NCBI GenBank assembly: GCA_951406725.2
Contig: OX597818.1
Location: 26,040,001 to 26,104,000 of the forward strand
DNA: 64,000 bases
From: Octopus vulgaris
Lineage: Eukaryota
Reading direction: 5' to 3'
Notes under the pieces: generated by a model
The model's database searches: none
What the model saw: only the letters and a program-made list of their open reading frames with translations
What the model was told of the DNA's origin: nothing
Part shown: piece after piece, positions 41,881 through 55,527 of the stretch
Position numbering within the stretch: the first letter of the stretch is position 1
Layout of the letters: each line of letters starts with the position of its first letter
Position numbers and translations under genes: made by a program

Positions 41881-43595
41881 ACCTCTTTCTAAAAATGTTC
41901 TTTAATAAGAAAGAACTACTTTTTAGATGTCCCTGTTAGGAAAAAGCAATTCAAGAAAATTCATAGAAAAGTCTAATTACTCACAAATTGTCACAATGAG
42001 GAGTGTTTCTGTTTTCAATTTTTAATATTTTTTAAAATTACACTAATTTTGATTGTTAATTTTGAAATATATTGACTCTAGAATTATTTTGAATAAGGTT
42101 TTCTTTGCATCATAGTACTGATGTCAACTAATCAATAGTTCTTTTTTATAATTCACTGATATATTGCCAATTGATTAACAAATTGTGTGGTAAGCTGTTT
42201 GCTTTCTAAACACGTGGTTCCAGATTCAGTCCTATTGTGTGGCATCTTGGGCAAGTGTCTTCTAGTACTGCTCCAGGTCAACCAAAGCCATGTGAGTGGA
42301 TTTGATTGACAGAAACTGAAAGAAGCCAGTCATATATATGTGTGTGTGCCTTTGTTTTCACCACCACCCCCTCGTTACTGCTTGATAACTGGTGTTGGTT
42401 TGTTTACATCCCCATAACTTAAAGGCTTGACAAAAGAGACCAACAGGATAAGCACCAGACTTTAAAAAAATATAAAAATATGTACTGGGGTTGATTTGTT
42501 TGATTAAATTCTTCAGGGTGATGCTACATCTAATGGTTGAAATAATTAAAAAATAAGATAAGTCATATTATCAACTATGAAGTTTTCTTGTAGACATGTA
42601 GTGTAACCATTTAATAATGGTTGAAACCCCACAGTAGCTTTTGTGAAATTTCAATGCATTTTATAGTTCCTCATCCCTTTACTCTTAAAAGAAAATTGAA
42701 CTTTGATCAATTGAATATCATTTAAGAGATGTGGAGATGTACATACGGTTAAGATAACTAACCACAAGACTCATATATCATAAATTATATCTTATATCTA
42801 TCTCTGTTTTTGTCACTGAGATGAATCTGTTTGTTTAAAGCTTCATAACTAAGAAGCCAATATTATTTGAAAGATGATATGTCTTATTTTTCTGACATGT
42901 TATAAATTATTACTCTTACTTTATCTTTTGCAAAGTTCAGTTTCTGAATTTTTTAGTTCTTTCACATTCTATTGACAAATGATAATGGCAACAAATAATT
43001 TCTTTCAATGAAGCAGTGTAAAGAAATTCCAGATATGTCTCTACATCAAAATATATATACAATTAGGATTCCTCACAATCTCTTATCATTCAATATGAGA
43101 AACGTTTAAATGCCAAATTACGAAAGAAAACAAAAACAGTTACTTTCTGCTATAACCATCACTTACAATACAGTCCATTTAATATGAATGTGCCAAAAAT
43201 GTCAACATTACAAAGGTTATGAGAAAGGTGGAAAATATATTATGAATTTATTTTTTGACACGTTTTGTTTTAAATTTTGTCATTCAATTTTTTTAAGTAC
43301 TTTATAATACAATTTCAATCAAACATTACAAGTGTGAAAAATATAAATGAGTCTTATATTGCTAAATGTTCATTCATTAAGTTGAAAACAGACATCATTT
43401 TTCAGCTGTGACCACCAATTTTATATGTGAATTGCACATTATTTCACTCTTGTAAAGTAATTTAATATTTAAATAAATTTGTTTAAATTTTCCAGTTATC
43501 ATAAAGAAAGGCTTTTCTATGAATTAATAAAAACAATGTTGCAACAAAAATATGGCCTCAATTTAATAAAGGAAATAACTTGTCTGAAGAAACAA

Positions 43596-43671
<76 letters not shown>

Positions 43672-46288
43672 TACCATACACGAATGTATATTAGTACTCT
43701 CTAATAAGAGAAATGACTCAGTAATCACTGTCATGACAGTGAAATTGTATGTATACATATTTTTTATCAATTATCATATCTTTGCTTATTATTTTATTTC
43801 TGTTATTTAAATCTAGCTTATTGGCATAAAATATATAAATTGAGACTGGTAAAAGAAAATGAATACTAGAAACATTTAGAAATATCTTGTATCTAAGAAA
43901 GAGGGAACTTGTATAGATGGGAAAAAGTGCTAATCCAGTTCCTCTTTGCATCTAAATTCAACTTTTTACACTTTTGCTTTAGCATGACCTGTTCTATGTT
44001 TTGTTTTGGTTTTGGTTTTTTTTTTAAAGAAATATGAGTGACTTAATCTTATTTTATCTCAAGGAGACATTTTGTCAGGTATTTCCATTTTTCAAACATG
44101 TAGGAACATGTCATTCAATGTGTTCTTTTTTTAAAGATGGTGTGAATGTGATTTGAAGATTTAGCTGTTATTTCTAGTAGATAGAGTGACCATATAGAGG
44201 TTCTGTAGAGCAAAAGGAAAGAGTCAGTAAGCAAAACTGGCTAAATACAGGCTGAATCTTCAGTAAAACAAATTGCCACTATATTGTGTGTGTGTATGTG
44301 CATATGAAAATGTTTAGAGATACAGATATCTCTAGTTTTAGTTAGCTACCATAACAAGCACATAAACTGAATTTTCAATGTTTAATCAAAGTAGACTCTT
44401 CGTACTTTACAGTGGAAGTAAATTTTTTTCCTTTTACAAGAAAGTATTGCAGATATGTTGCAGCTTGTATCAACCTTCAAAGCATTTAAAGGAAGTTTCT
44501 CTCATTTTCTTCTTTTCCTTTCAACTTCCTTTCTCTTTATCGAAATGTTGTACCTGTTGCATTTTATGCTCATAAATTATAAAGAGGCACTGCTAATAAA
44601 ACTCATTTAATTACAGGATGTCTCCTTTTCACATGAGTAAACTTCCATTCACTATTACATATTCTACTGCAAAACAGATTGGGATATTTGACAATTAAGG
44701 TACATCACTATTCCATTGGCATAGATCATCAAGAAGTTTTTCAGTTAGTCTACTTTGCCAGAATGTACAGAAAAGATTGTAAAGTTTAAATATTTGCTAT
44801 AATTTAGTTGAATTATATTATACCACTTGCCAATATGACAATTTATTTCTTTTTGTTTTGCATTTTTTTTTTGTATGGATATTTTTACTTCATTATTTTC
44901 TTTATATCCTGATATTTGACATCTCAATAAGGCATCGTCATTTATAGATTTAACAAAATTCACCTTCCAAGAAATGTGCCAAGTATCAGAGTGAACACTT
45001 TGACACCATAATTGCACTTATTAATATATCAATGAAAAGGTCTTTAGTTCAGAATTTTTGAGGATTGTTTAATCAAAATGGACCTTTCATACTAAAGTCA
45101 CTTTTTTAAAAAATCATTTATGGCTTGCTCTTAAGTTTTCATTTATTTTATTTTGTTTTTCATAAAAAGATTTTGCTCTGACAATAACTTTCCTAACATG
45201 ACTTTACCACTGCTACACTATTACACTTACAAAATGTAGTTCATGAAAGAACTAAGATTATTAAAATATCAACACTGTTGTTTTTGATATTTGAACAATA
45301 TATCGAAATATTCAAATTCTAATTATTTCACATTTTACAAAGTATTGTGTAGTTTTAAATATATAAATATATACTTTATTTTTCAAAAAAAAAAAAATCT
45401 CCCCCTCATCATTTTTACAATAACCATAAATCACAGGTAAGAGGAGTAAACTGACATCACTCAATTGAAAATTAAATCTTTTTTTTTTGCAAATTCTGAT
45501 CATATAGACACAGATTTGCATGTGCATGTGTGCGTGCATGTGTTATCTGTGCATTTATGCAAGTGTATATGCATTCATGAGTGCATGTATGTATATATGT
45601 GTATGTACTCCTGACTATTCATCAGACACTCTCCTATGAGTGAACATCACCCTTCTATACTTCTAACTGCTACTACAACCCTCCCTCTCCCCCAGTTACT
45701 CATTAATTTCTGTCACACTCTCGCACCTTTGACCATTTCCACAACTATCACTTGCTCTCTCTTGTTAGCAAACATGGAGCTTCCATTAGTCTCTTTCTTA
45801 TTACCATCAGCTATTGCTATCTCTTATATTTCTCCATCCTTATCTCATTCCATTTCATTTTCTGCAATCATCTTTTCTACTCAGTCTGTTGGTCATTTTA
45901 CCCAGAATGAACAGTGAAGACCTTTTTCTCTTTGGGGGTACATGGCAATCTCACTATCACTGGTGCATTTCATGCACCAGTGCTTGCACAACGAGTAGGG
46001 AAAGGATGACTCTATAGGCTTGTCATATCAAAGACATAACAAGACCTCAAGTGCTGGTGTCATGGTAAAATGCACCCAGTACACTCAGTAACACCAGTGG
46101 TTGGTGTTAGGAAAAGCATCTGATTATAGAAACCAAGCCTAAACGAGACATGGTTCTCTGGCCCATCTACGAGTGTAGTAACTCCAAATGAGAACTGATT
46201 CATGTCTTGATGGCCCATACATATTATTCTAGCATGGAAAGCAAACATAAAATAATGATGATACATAAATATATATACATATACATAC

Positions 46289-46336
<48 letters not shown>

Positions 46337-46366
46337 CAAAATAAGTAACAAGGATATCCAAAGGTA

Positions 46367-46460
46367 ATACAGTACGATTGTTTCATGCGACTCCATTTAA
46401 TTGAACAATGCAATCATTTCATTACATCAATTTAAAATGTAGAGCAATCTTCAGCTGCAT
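46367..46460 (-). ncRNA. Type I hammerhead ribozyme with extended stem II (intact core)
   Basis: Minus strand reads AUGCAG-CUGAAGA-UUGC...(~55 nt)...GCAU-GAAA-C(aauc)G-UA^CUGUAU, with a 6-bp stem I and a GUA triplet. Confidence 0.75.
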
Positions 46461-46461
46461 A

Positions 46462-47415
46462 AAATATAGAATTTAGTTAAATTTGAAGAATTCATTTGTA
46501 TAGTTTCCTTTTTATCCAAAATCACAAAGAGGATTAGTAGATAGACAAAGAACATGTTTTATCAACAACATCACAGTTGTAATATATATATATATATATA
46601 TATAAATGAGAAGATGGATTTGGTATTAAACTTTATTCTGTACATTTGTTTTAAACCATCCTGCTATTGTCCTTCATGTGTGGGACTCTGTTCAACATGT
46701 GTTGCTTCAATTTTGCAGTCTAGGTCTCATCAGGTACATTAATAAAATTGTGTCTCGTTTAAGATCTTGAGTGTTGGTTGCCACGTTATAATGCCCATCT
46801 AGCTAGGGAAAACTAGGTGGGCATATAACAACATAGCAGCTGACACTCAAGATCTTTAGTGAGACACAACTTCGTTGATGTAACTGATGAGACCCAGACT
46901 GCAAAATCAATACAACACATGTTGAATGGAGTCCCGTACATAAAGGACAATAGCAGGACCAGTCAAAATGAACATTGTACAGAATAAAGATCACTACCAA
47001 ATTTCTCATCACTTAATATAATTACCCTAACTGACACTGTGGAGTTCCTGAAGTAGATACCATAACTGCAGATGACAACTGGTAGCCTAAACTGTGCCAG
47101 TGCTTTACTCAACATTTAAATACACTAATCGACTTATACCTACTAGTCCAAAATATTTATTATTTATTATACACACACACGCACGCACGCATACAGATAA
47201 AATATGCATATCTGTATACTTGTCACCATCTCTGCCTCTTCTGACTGTCATCTTATCCAGAAAACCTCAAAATTTTATTAATGTACCTGATGAGACCTAG
47301 ACTGCAAAATTGAAGCAACACATGTTGAACAGAGTCCCACACATGAAGGTCAATAGCAGGATGGTTTAAAACAAATGTACAGAATAAAGTTTAATACCAA
47401 ATCCATCTTCTCATT

Positions 47416-47452
<37 letters not shown>

Positions 47453-47578
47453 ATATATTACAACTGTGATGTTGTTGATAAAACATGTTCTTTGTCTATC
47501 TACTAATCCTCTTTGTGATTTTGGATAAAAAGGAAACTATACAAATGAATTCTTCAAATTTAACTAAATTCTATATTT
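46462..47578. repeat. Near-perfect ~290-bp inverted duplication enclosing an older 400-bp foldback
   Basis: 46462-46749 is the reverse complement of 47271-47578 (one substitution seen, plus a (TA)n length difference). 46607-47008 is a diverged hairpin with apex ctag-ggaaaa-ctag at 46803-46816. Confidence 0.9.
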
Positions 47579-49149
47579 CAAATCTAATGGTTGTTCCAAG
47601 TTGACAGCTTTTAGAAGCAAATGGATCATTTAAGATGGCTTCAAAACTACTTGATACAGTTAAAGTCCATACAAGTGGTTCAATTGTAGCTGTACTTAAG
47701 TTACAAAGATGACAAACACAACCTAGAAACATTTAGAAGTAGTTGCCCACTATCACCAACTTAGTTGTGTTTACACACTACCATAATGCCAGAAGTAAAA
47801 AAAAGGATGCCTTTTGTGCATCACACAGCCAGCAGGTTTTCCCTTCTTGTAAATTACAGCTATGTTTTTTTTTTAGTTTACTACCAAGGAGGTCTCTCAT
47901 ACATTACAGAATTTTTCTATTCATGATTGCTCAACCAAGCATGTCTTGATAAAGCCACCATATTCACTGCCTTTCAACTTCCTTACTTCACATCAAACCC
48001 TCAACAAAACTTTCTTCCACTTCATCTCTCTCATCACCACTCACAGTTACCAAATGTAGAAACTTTTTCAGCCCCAAAACTTATGTGATCTAGACAGTTG
48101 TCCTTCCATTCCTTTCCAACTGCCTGCCTGCACCAAACTCTTCAGTCTGCAGTCTGTTCAATTCCCCAAAAGTTAATCTCTCTTACCCTAACAATAGCTG
48201 CTGACTTTGATATTTGTAATGCATTCAGCTGATTTGGCAAGAAAACCTAAGAAAGAAATCATTGCAAATAAATAGATAAAATATATAGAAATAAAAAAAA
48301 CGAGGCTGGAGAAAGGAATCAAAGTAGGAGCAGGCTTGCATATGGGCAAGCATTAACTTAAGTGGAAAATGATATACAAAACAAGTGATTAGAGTCTATT
48401 AAAGTAACTGTAAAAGAGAATATAGCTCCATAGTGGGCAAATAATCAAGTTCTTATAAGTAAAAGCTTGTCAATCAGATGGATAAGATAACTTTTTTCAT
48501 AAGCTCCTTCTCACACTTAGATCAAAAGTTTCAGTCAAACCACTCCGTGATATTGAGCATTGATTAGGCTCCCTCCCTTCTGTAAATGGTGTAACTCAGA
48601 TCATGAATCTGTACATTAATGACTTTACTAATTTAAGGTGATTATTAATGTATAACACTTAAGACCATGATTGAAGACATGTCTAAGGTGCCACACAGTA
48701 GGATTGAACCCAATAACTCATTATTGCAATGCAAACTTCTAAAATATTTGTCACACATATGCACTGCTATGCAGGTCTCATGGCCACTCTTTTCTCTTAG
48801 ATATGTGTGCATGTATAAACCTGTGTAAAGACATGTAAGCCAAATAGAGTAGATTTTTTTTTTATTTATGAAACAGTTGTACTTTGGCTAATACAACAGA
48901 GTATTATTTCTTTACCTTCTCATTCAGGTTTCAGATATATTGGGAATGTGAAGTGGAGCTGTTTTTGCTTCTGAATCTGAGGAGAGGGTGTGCTGAGAGC
49001 ACATGCTCTTGAACATATTATTCATGTACCCAGTGTAGTTCTTCAGATTATAAATGATGCCTTATCTTTGTCAAGCTGAGAAATAAACATTTTCTTGAGA
49101 TAGGAGATTGTGTTGAAGTGTAGACATAAGAACAAACATCTAAAAACAT

Positions 49150-49550
49150 CTTACAATTGTACACAAAATATGGTATTAGGATCTGCCAAACTCCTCTTGA
49201 CAACAGCTATTGCATTACATTCCTTGTCAAACTGTCTCGTTGAGAAACACTCCCTACTACCAATGTAATACTCCTGCTGAAAATATGTCAACCACAAAAT
49301 TTTAAAATAGCTATAATTTTCACAAAGCTGCTGTTGGTTAGCAGTTAGTCTAAACCAATTGCTAACCAACTGAAAGAAATCAGGACAATAATTCTCTTGC
49401 CATTAGAAAGTAGTCTCCTTCTAATCACTGTGGAGAATGTTCTAGAAACAAGAAACTCAGAATAGCAACGTAATGAAGACTCGTCTTCAAACAAAAGAAT
49501 ATGTGAAAATACATACACATATATATATACATACATGTATACACACTTCA

Positions 49551-49596
<46 letters not shown>

Positions 49597-50240
49597 TACA
49601 TACATGTATACACACTTTTACATACATACAGACTTTTATACATACATAACTTCATCATCAGTCAAATGATGATAGTAAAGCATGATTTTAGCATTATATC
49701 AGTATTTTTTATTTTTTATATAGGCATAAAATGTGTATGTTTACACAGTCGCACGTATGTTTCCCGATATTTATTCATTATGAGAGAGCAAAACAGGTGT
49801 TTTCATTTCATTTTTGTATTAATTAGCCTGAGGAGGAGTAGCACTGCTCAGAGACTTTTCAGGCCCTTCTAGATTGTGAGTTAGTGATAACTAATTGAGT
49901 ACAGTTAATTTAGTTTTATGTTCAGTTTGAATTGTAGGTTAAGAGTTGTGAAATATGGGAGAGAAGAATATTTCAGAAGAATACAAGTTTTGCAAAAAAA
50001 AAACAAAAGTCTGGAAGAAAAGAATCAAAGTAAGAGTAGGCATGGAGATGGGTTGTTGTGAATTTAGGTAGTAGGTGATATACAGACAAGTTAAAATAAC
50101 TAATTTTTAAAAATGGATATAACTCCATAGTGAGCAAATTATCATTTCTGATGAGGAAAACCTTGTCTATGAAATACATGGGATGGCTTTTTTATAGATG
50201 ATTTAGGGTGTGCATAATTAGAGTAATATTGTGATGTGTA
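49150..50240 (-). mobile_element. Decayed Penelope-like fragments
   Basis: Minus strand AIG..L...CENYSYFKIL (GIY-YIG-like) at 49290-49370 and SIYKK-P-like RT-thumb remnant near 50190. Hammerhead-like cugagga-GAGUAG/CUGCUC-gaga..uc on + at 49825-49864. Confidence 0.4.
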
Positions 50241-51519
50241 AGAAGTACTTCATTGGAAGGTGTACTTCAGGTATTTACAGAGCACTGATAAAATGTTTTC
50301 TGCACACCTTGGGTCACTTGTTTTGGGACAGCACTATCATCAACCCTTTTACTAACAGCAACATCTTAGAGACTGAGGTCCACTCAATGAGTGCTGCTAT
50401 GAGAGTCAAGGATAGTAAGTGATGCTAGTATGCATCACTGCTTGATAAATATTTCTTTGAATTGTGGCATGGAACCCATCAGTATCATTAGTAAATCAAC
50501 ACTAATCAATGCCATCAAAGCAAAGACAGATAGCTGAAGCTGCTACAATGTCATGGCTGTGACAGTGAGTAGCCTAACAATCGTTTTTATTTAAAGCACT
50601 CAAATAGATATAATGGTATGGTATGAAAAGTATAATATAAATTAATGCAAAACTTTTAAGAATGCTCAAAAGAAACAAAATAGTAATATAACTTGCAAAC
50701 AAACCTCAAGTGCATTAGTAATTAAAGTGAAATAAGCTCATGGACAATATTTCATATACAAAAAATTTAGGTAGACTAGGCTACCAAAACTTTCTAACCA
50801 ACTTTTTGTAAAACCTTACTTTAAAATCTGTTATTAAGATTAAAAGAAATTCAGATAACGTCTGATACATTTCTACATTTGTCTTTCTTCTTTTCTTGTT
50901 TGTGTTTTCTAATAGATTCTATCATCACGAGAAAATTCTCTTGCAGATTGATGAGAACTGACAACATTCAGAAAAGATTTTATTCTTCTCTTTTTCGGCT
51001 ATCAAGAAAAAGCTGAAGTACTCACCATTTAATAATAATAATAATGTTGATACATGTTATTAACTGTAGAAATGTAACAATTTTGAACAAGATATGAGAA
51101 ACCTAGAGTAAATAAAATGTCTGTAAATATTAAATTTTTGTTGTTTTGTCTTTTTAAATCCAATTTCATTTCCCATCGCACTTTCCTGCATCATTTTTTA
51201 ACTATCTGCAACTTCTAATAAAGCTAGCAGCATTTGACTTCTTTAAGTAATGAAATGAAGTGTCAGAATATTATAAATACACTTCAAATGTAACTGTTGC
51301 TTTCTTAAGCAGTTTTATGAAATACATATCGCGTTTGTGCATATGTGTGTATGTTGGGTAGAGGTGAAAAATTTATTTCTCTTTGTATCTATGTTAAGCC
51401 CAATTTCTGTGATTTCAGGGTAATTTGATTGCTACTTTTGACAAGTCTATCGTATACAGGCCCACTTGTTGACTCTTGACTTTAATGTAGAAAGAAGGTA
51501 ATATAAAGTTAATCCAAAC

Positions 51520-51760
51520 AAGAAAGCACAAAGAAACACAACAACGCGAGGACATGGAACAAATTTAGTATTATTGGACGCTCGGGAAAAAAGGAGGGTT
51601 TAACGTTTTGAGCGGAGCTCTTCATCGGAAACATAGGAGAAGAGAAGACAGAGGGAAAAAAATCGCCAACGGTACACACGCGGTCACATTTTGAATGATC
51701 GGAAGGAAATGGGTGAAGAAAAGTTCTTTCAAAGACAGGAAAGTGCAAGAGGAGGTATGT
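51520..51760 (-). mobile_element. Penelope-like pseudo-LTR with decayed hammerhead (51598-51632)
   Basis: Minus strand GUUU-CCGAUGA-AGAGC(ucc)GCUC-AAAA-CG-UU-AAAC has two core substitutions. A related tail lies at 19726-19803. Confidence 0.65.
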
Positions 51761-52139
51761 GTGTGCGCGAAGGTCTGTGTGTGTGTGTATGTGTGCAATG
51801 GTAACATGTGTGTGTGTGTGGTTGTGGCTGTTAATCTTTACGTATTGTAGGGCTTAGTAGTGCAGCATATAACATCGTGTAGTTCTTAGCAGGATTCCAA
51901 TATTTTCATCAGGTAGCTATTAAGTTATATTTTAAGGCTTACACCTTTAAATAGTCTTTTCCCACATAAGTTGGGTTTTTTTCTTTCATGTCAAGTTGTT
52001 AACCAGTACATCCACCTGGCATAGAAAGCAGAACACTATCATGATTCTGCTGCTATCTTGTAATTTCACATCATGAGGTAGTGATATAAACTGTTGTTCC
52101 AGCTTTCTTAGACACCTATTGTACCGGGCTTATAAGATG

Positions 52140-52487
52140 CTGTCACCTCCCTCCAACAAGTCATCCTAACGAGACGTCTGCATTGGCTGGGTCATGGCCC
52201 TCCGTTGTCAGCCAGGAGAATTCACCCACAAAGCAATTGCTCCAGCTCCTCTTCAGGGTTGGCGAAAGCGATGTGGTGGACAACGAAACACCTGGCTGAT
52301 CTGGAACCCAACCTAGGCCCCCATATCTACGGCGCTCACCGCTGGAATAAGGAATGGTTGGAGATCACACGGTCGTTAGCCTCCAATCGCTAGGTCTGGT
52401 TGGTGTTTGTGAGAGATGCAGCATTGAGGATGAATGAAGCCAGCTCAACCCATCCTGGGTGAATGCTATCTCAAGACAAGACAAGAT
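52140..52487 (+). mobile_element. RTE/RTEX-like LINE 3' end
   Basis: RRLHWLGH motif, W..L...R..W-like C-terminus and a (CAAGA)n tail. Confidence 0.6.
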
Positions 52488-53117
52488 GCTGTCTCCTACT
52501 CAGCTTAATCTAATAATGGTGTAAATTGTTAGTACTACAAAAGTATGAGTGCTAACAGCTTAGCTATTTATGCACATAAAATGCCATGAACAGAAATAAA
52601 TAGATCAGAAATAGTATAATTAATATAAATTTTATGAGTTTTTTTCATGACTTTTGTGCCAATGCAACACACCTGACTGCCCATACTTTAAACCACAAAA
52701 CTAATAATAAAATAACATATAGAGGAATTAGCCACATCAACAACAGTTACACCATACATGTCCAGGTCACAATAATAATCTTAGATAATATATCCATGCT
52801 GTAACACCAAGCAAATGCCTATGCAAACCCTCAAAACTTCTAGAAAGGTAAATTCATAAGATCATTAGCCTACTCACTTTTTCCAAATTCCAACATATAT
52901 TCAGACCTCCACACTACTCCCAAATCTAACACTGAAAATGCATGATGACTTCAACACAAAATCTCCCATGTGCTCCATTTTACTAGCATGTTTTCAACTC
53001 CATTCCCTTTTGTCCATTTGCACAAAAAATACTTAACACCACCTTTCAAAACAGCATGAATCACTGACTAGCAAACTACTTGTCTGATCCTTAAACCTAT
53101 GGCACTCCGTTGGTTAC

Positions 53118-53125
53118 AATAATAA

Positions 53126-53166
<41 letters not shown>

Positions 53167-53893
53167 AATTATTGTATACAGTGCTCAGGTGCACCACAAC
53201 GTGCATATAAAGTATATGCAGTAATGTACAAATGTCTGGAAAGCGAACAATGTATGAGTCAGATACATGCTTGTGTGTGTATGGAGGGGAGAAAATCAGG
53301 TGGAGTGTTGGCGAATCTCAGGAAACATGGAAGTTTTGAAGGATGCAGTGCTCCGACAACTAACAACTGATGCCGGCAGTTTGTTCCATGCTTCAGCAAC
53401 TCTCAGCGTGAAAAAATGTTTCCTAAAGTCATGGGAGCTGTGCTGTTTTCTGACTTTGTAAATATGTCCACGGGTGTTAGATGGGTGGAGTTTGAAAAGG
53501 TGCTCAGAGTTATTGTTTGTAAGATGGTTAATAATTTTATGGGTGTCTGCCAAGTCAGCTGCTGTTCCAGTTGATCCAATCAATGGAACCGTCTGCTCAT
53601 GAAATTAACATGCAAGTGGCTGAGCACCCCACAGACACATGTACCCTTAACGTATTTCTCGGGGAGATTTAGCATGACACAGAGTGTGACAAGGCTAGTC
53701 CTTTGATGTACGGGTATTACAGAAACAGGGAAAGAATGAGAGAAAGTTGTGGTGAAAGAGTACAGCAGGGTTCGCCACCACCCCCTGCCAGAGCCTCATG
53801 GAGCTTTAGGTGTTTTTGCTCAATAAACAATGCCCAGTCTGGGAATCGAAACCGCGAGTCCGCTGCCCTAACCACTAGGCCATTGCACCTCCA
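53118..53893 (-). mobile_element. Composite SINE: tRNA-like head, conserved central domain, long CR1/L2-derived 3' tail
   Basis: Head gcaatggcctagtggttagggcagcggactcgcggtttcgattcc (A/B boxes). The tail translates SNTRGHIYKVRKQHSSHDFRKHFFTLRVAEAWNKLP and ends in (ATT)n. Confidence 0.75.
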
Positions 53894-54383
53894 CATTAAA
53901 CCTATACAATATACAAGAACAATACAATAACCTGCAATTTCCTGAATGGCATACAAGAATCCATCTTTGCAGCTATATTCTAACTCATACCTACTCAAGA
54001 TATTCACATCTCTACAAAACATGTCAACAGCCTCATATGCAGAGGACATCACATTTGCATCTTTGCACGATTCTCTAAACACTACAGCACTACACAACTA
54101 TTGTAAACTTATTTAATCACATAGTAACCTGACTTCATAATAACATAAAGTAGCAGATAGCAAATCCACTATCTCCGTTCTTAACAACAATATCAGAGAA
54201 CACCTATACAACCAACCATCGTAATCAACAACATAAACATATCTCATGCATACAAGCTGCTACAAAGCAACAACACCAATGACAATACTAAAAGAAATTA
54301 AATGAATATAGAAGATCAAAATATATATATACAAATAAAAAACAACTAAAGCATTTACAAACAAAGAAGTTTTTTGACTAAAA

Positions 54384-54801
54384 GATCTTTTCGGTTTGAA
54401 TGGCAGTTTTTTCTAGCAGTGTCAAATGAAATTATCACCCATAATTATGACCCTAGTATCGATCTATTGCATTTCAACCTGTTTTAGGATTAGGGTTAGC
54501 GGTGGGGGGGAAGGGTATCTTTTTTTTCTCCTCAGAAATGTAAATAAACCCAATCTGTTTCTTAAACGAGGGACATATTCATATGGCACAGAATGTTTTC
54601 ACCGCAATAGACGTCATTGATTGGTTGAAATTGCAGAAATTGAAGAAAAAAAACAACAAATATCTTACAAACTATAGAATTTTCTCAATAAAGTCAAGAG
54701 AAAAGATGTTTTATAAACACATTCTACCAGTATACGAAGTTTAAAAGTGTTTAGTTACGTGGAAATTATTTTAAAAAACTGCCGTTCAAACTGAAAAGAT
54801 C
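54384..54801. mobile_element. MITE with ~29-bp TIRs
   Basis: gatcttttcggtttgaatggcagtttttt / aaaaaactgccgttcaaactgaaaagatc. Confidence 0.85.
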
Positions 54802-55527
54802 CAAGAAGATTAATAAAGTATCTTTTCATAAATTGTAGTTGAGGTGTATTTCTAGTATTTTCAAACCCTACAAAATTCACATGTAGAAAACAGTAAAGAA
54901 AGCAAAATGACACATAAACATACTTAGAACATTCACAAGTAGTACAATGGGCCAACAGAAACAAACAACAATAGTGTAAAAGTAGTACGTGAAATTCGTC
55001 ACGAACTCTATTAGTCCTATCTGGGCACCAGTTCTCTCCACAATAAACTATGTAATATAACATAAAGTAACATATACCACACTCACAGACTATTTACACA
55101 ATGAAATTGAAATATTAAGTGCATGTCAACATAAAAAAAACACAGTTTGTTACTGCAGAAAGTTTCATCTATCATAATCCTTGACACAACAAAAACTCTT
55201 CTAAACACACAGGCATACAACTATTACAACATTCTAAAAATAAAAATAAAAATACAGAAAACGAAAATGATGAAAGAGTCCACTGTTGTTGTCATTGTCA
55301 AGTACTGTGAACCTGATGAACAACAAAGGAGCCTTTGTGTTGTCATTCAACCTGCTGGAAATAGCAACCAAACTTTCCTTAAATCACACTGATTATCTTA
55401 AAAAAAGAAGGAAGGATGTATTGGATACAAAGATGCATTATGTCTGAATGAAAGCTGGGATGGTCAAAATTGGAATCTCTTTGATCATATGTTTGCTCAA
55501 ACACGGCTGATCAGGGTCTTAACAACC

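Noticed and set aside
50140-50190. ctgatgaggaaaacc...gaaa hammerhead-like motif
   Set aside because: Stem II does not abut GAAA, and there is no NUH or stem I partner.
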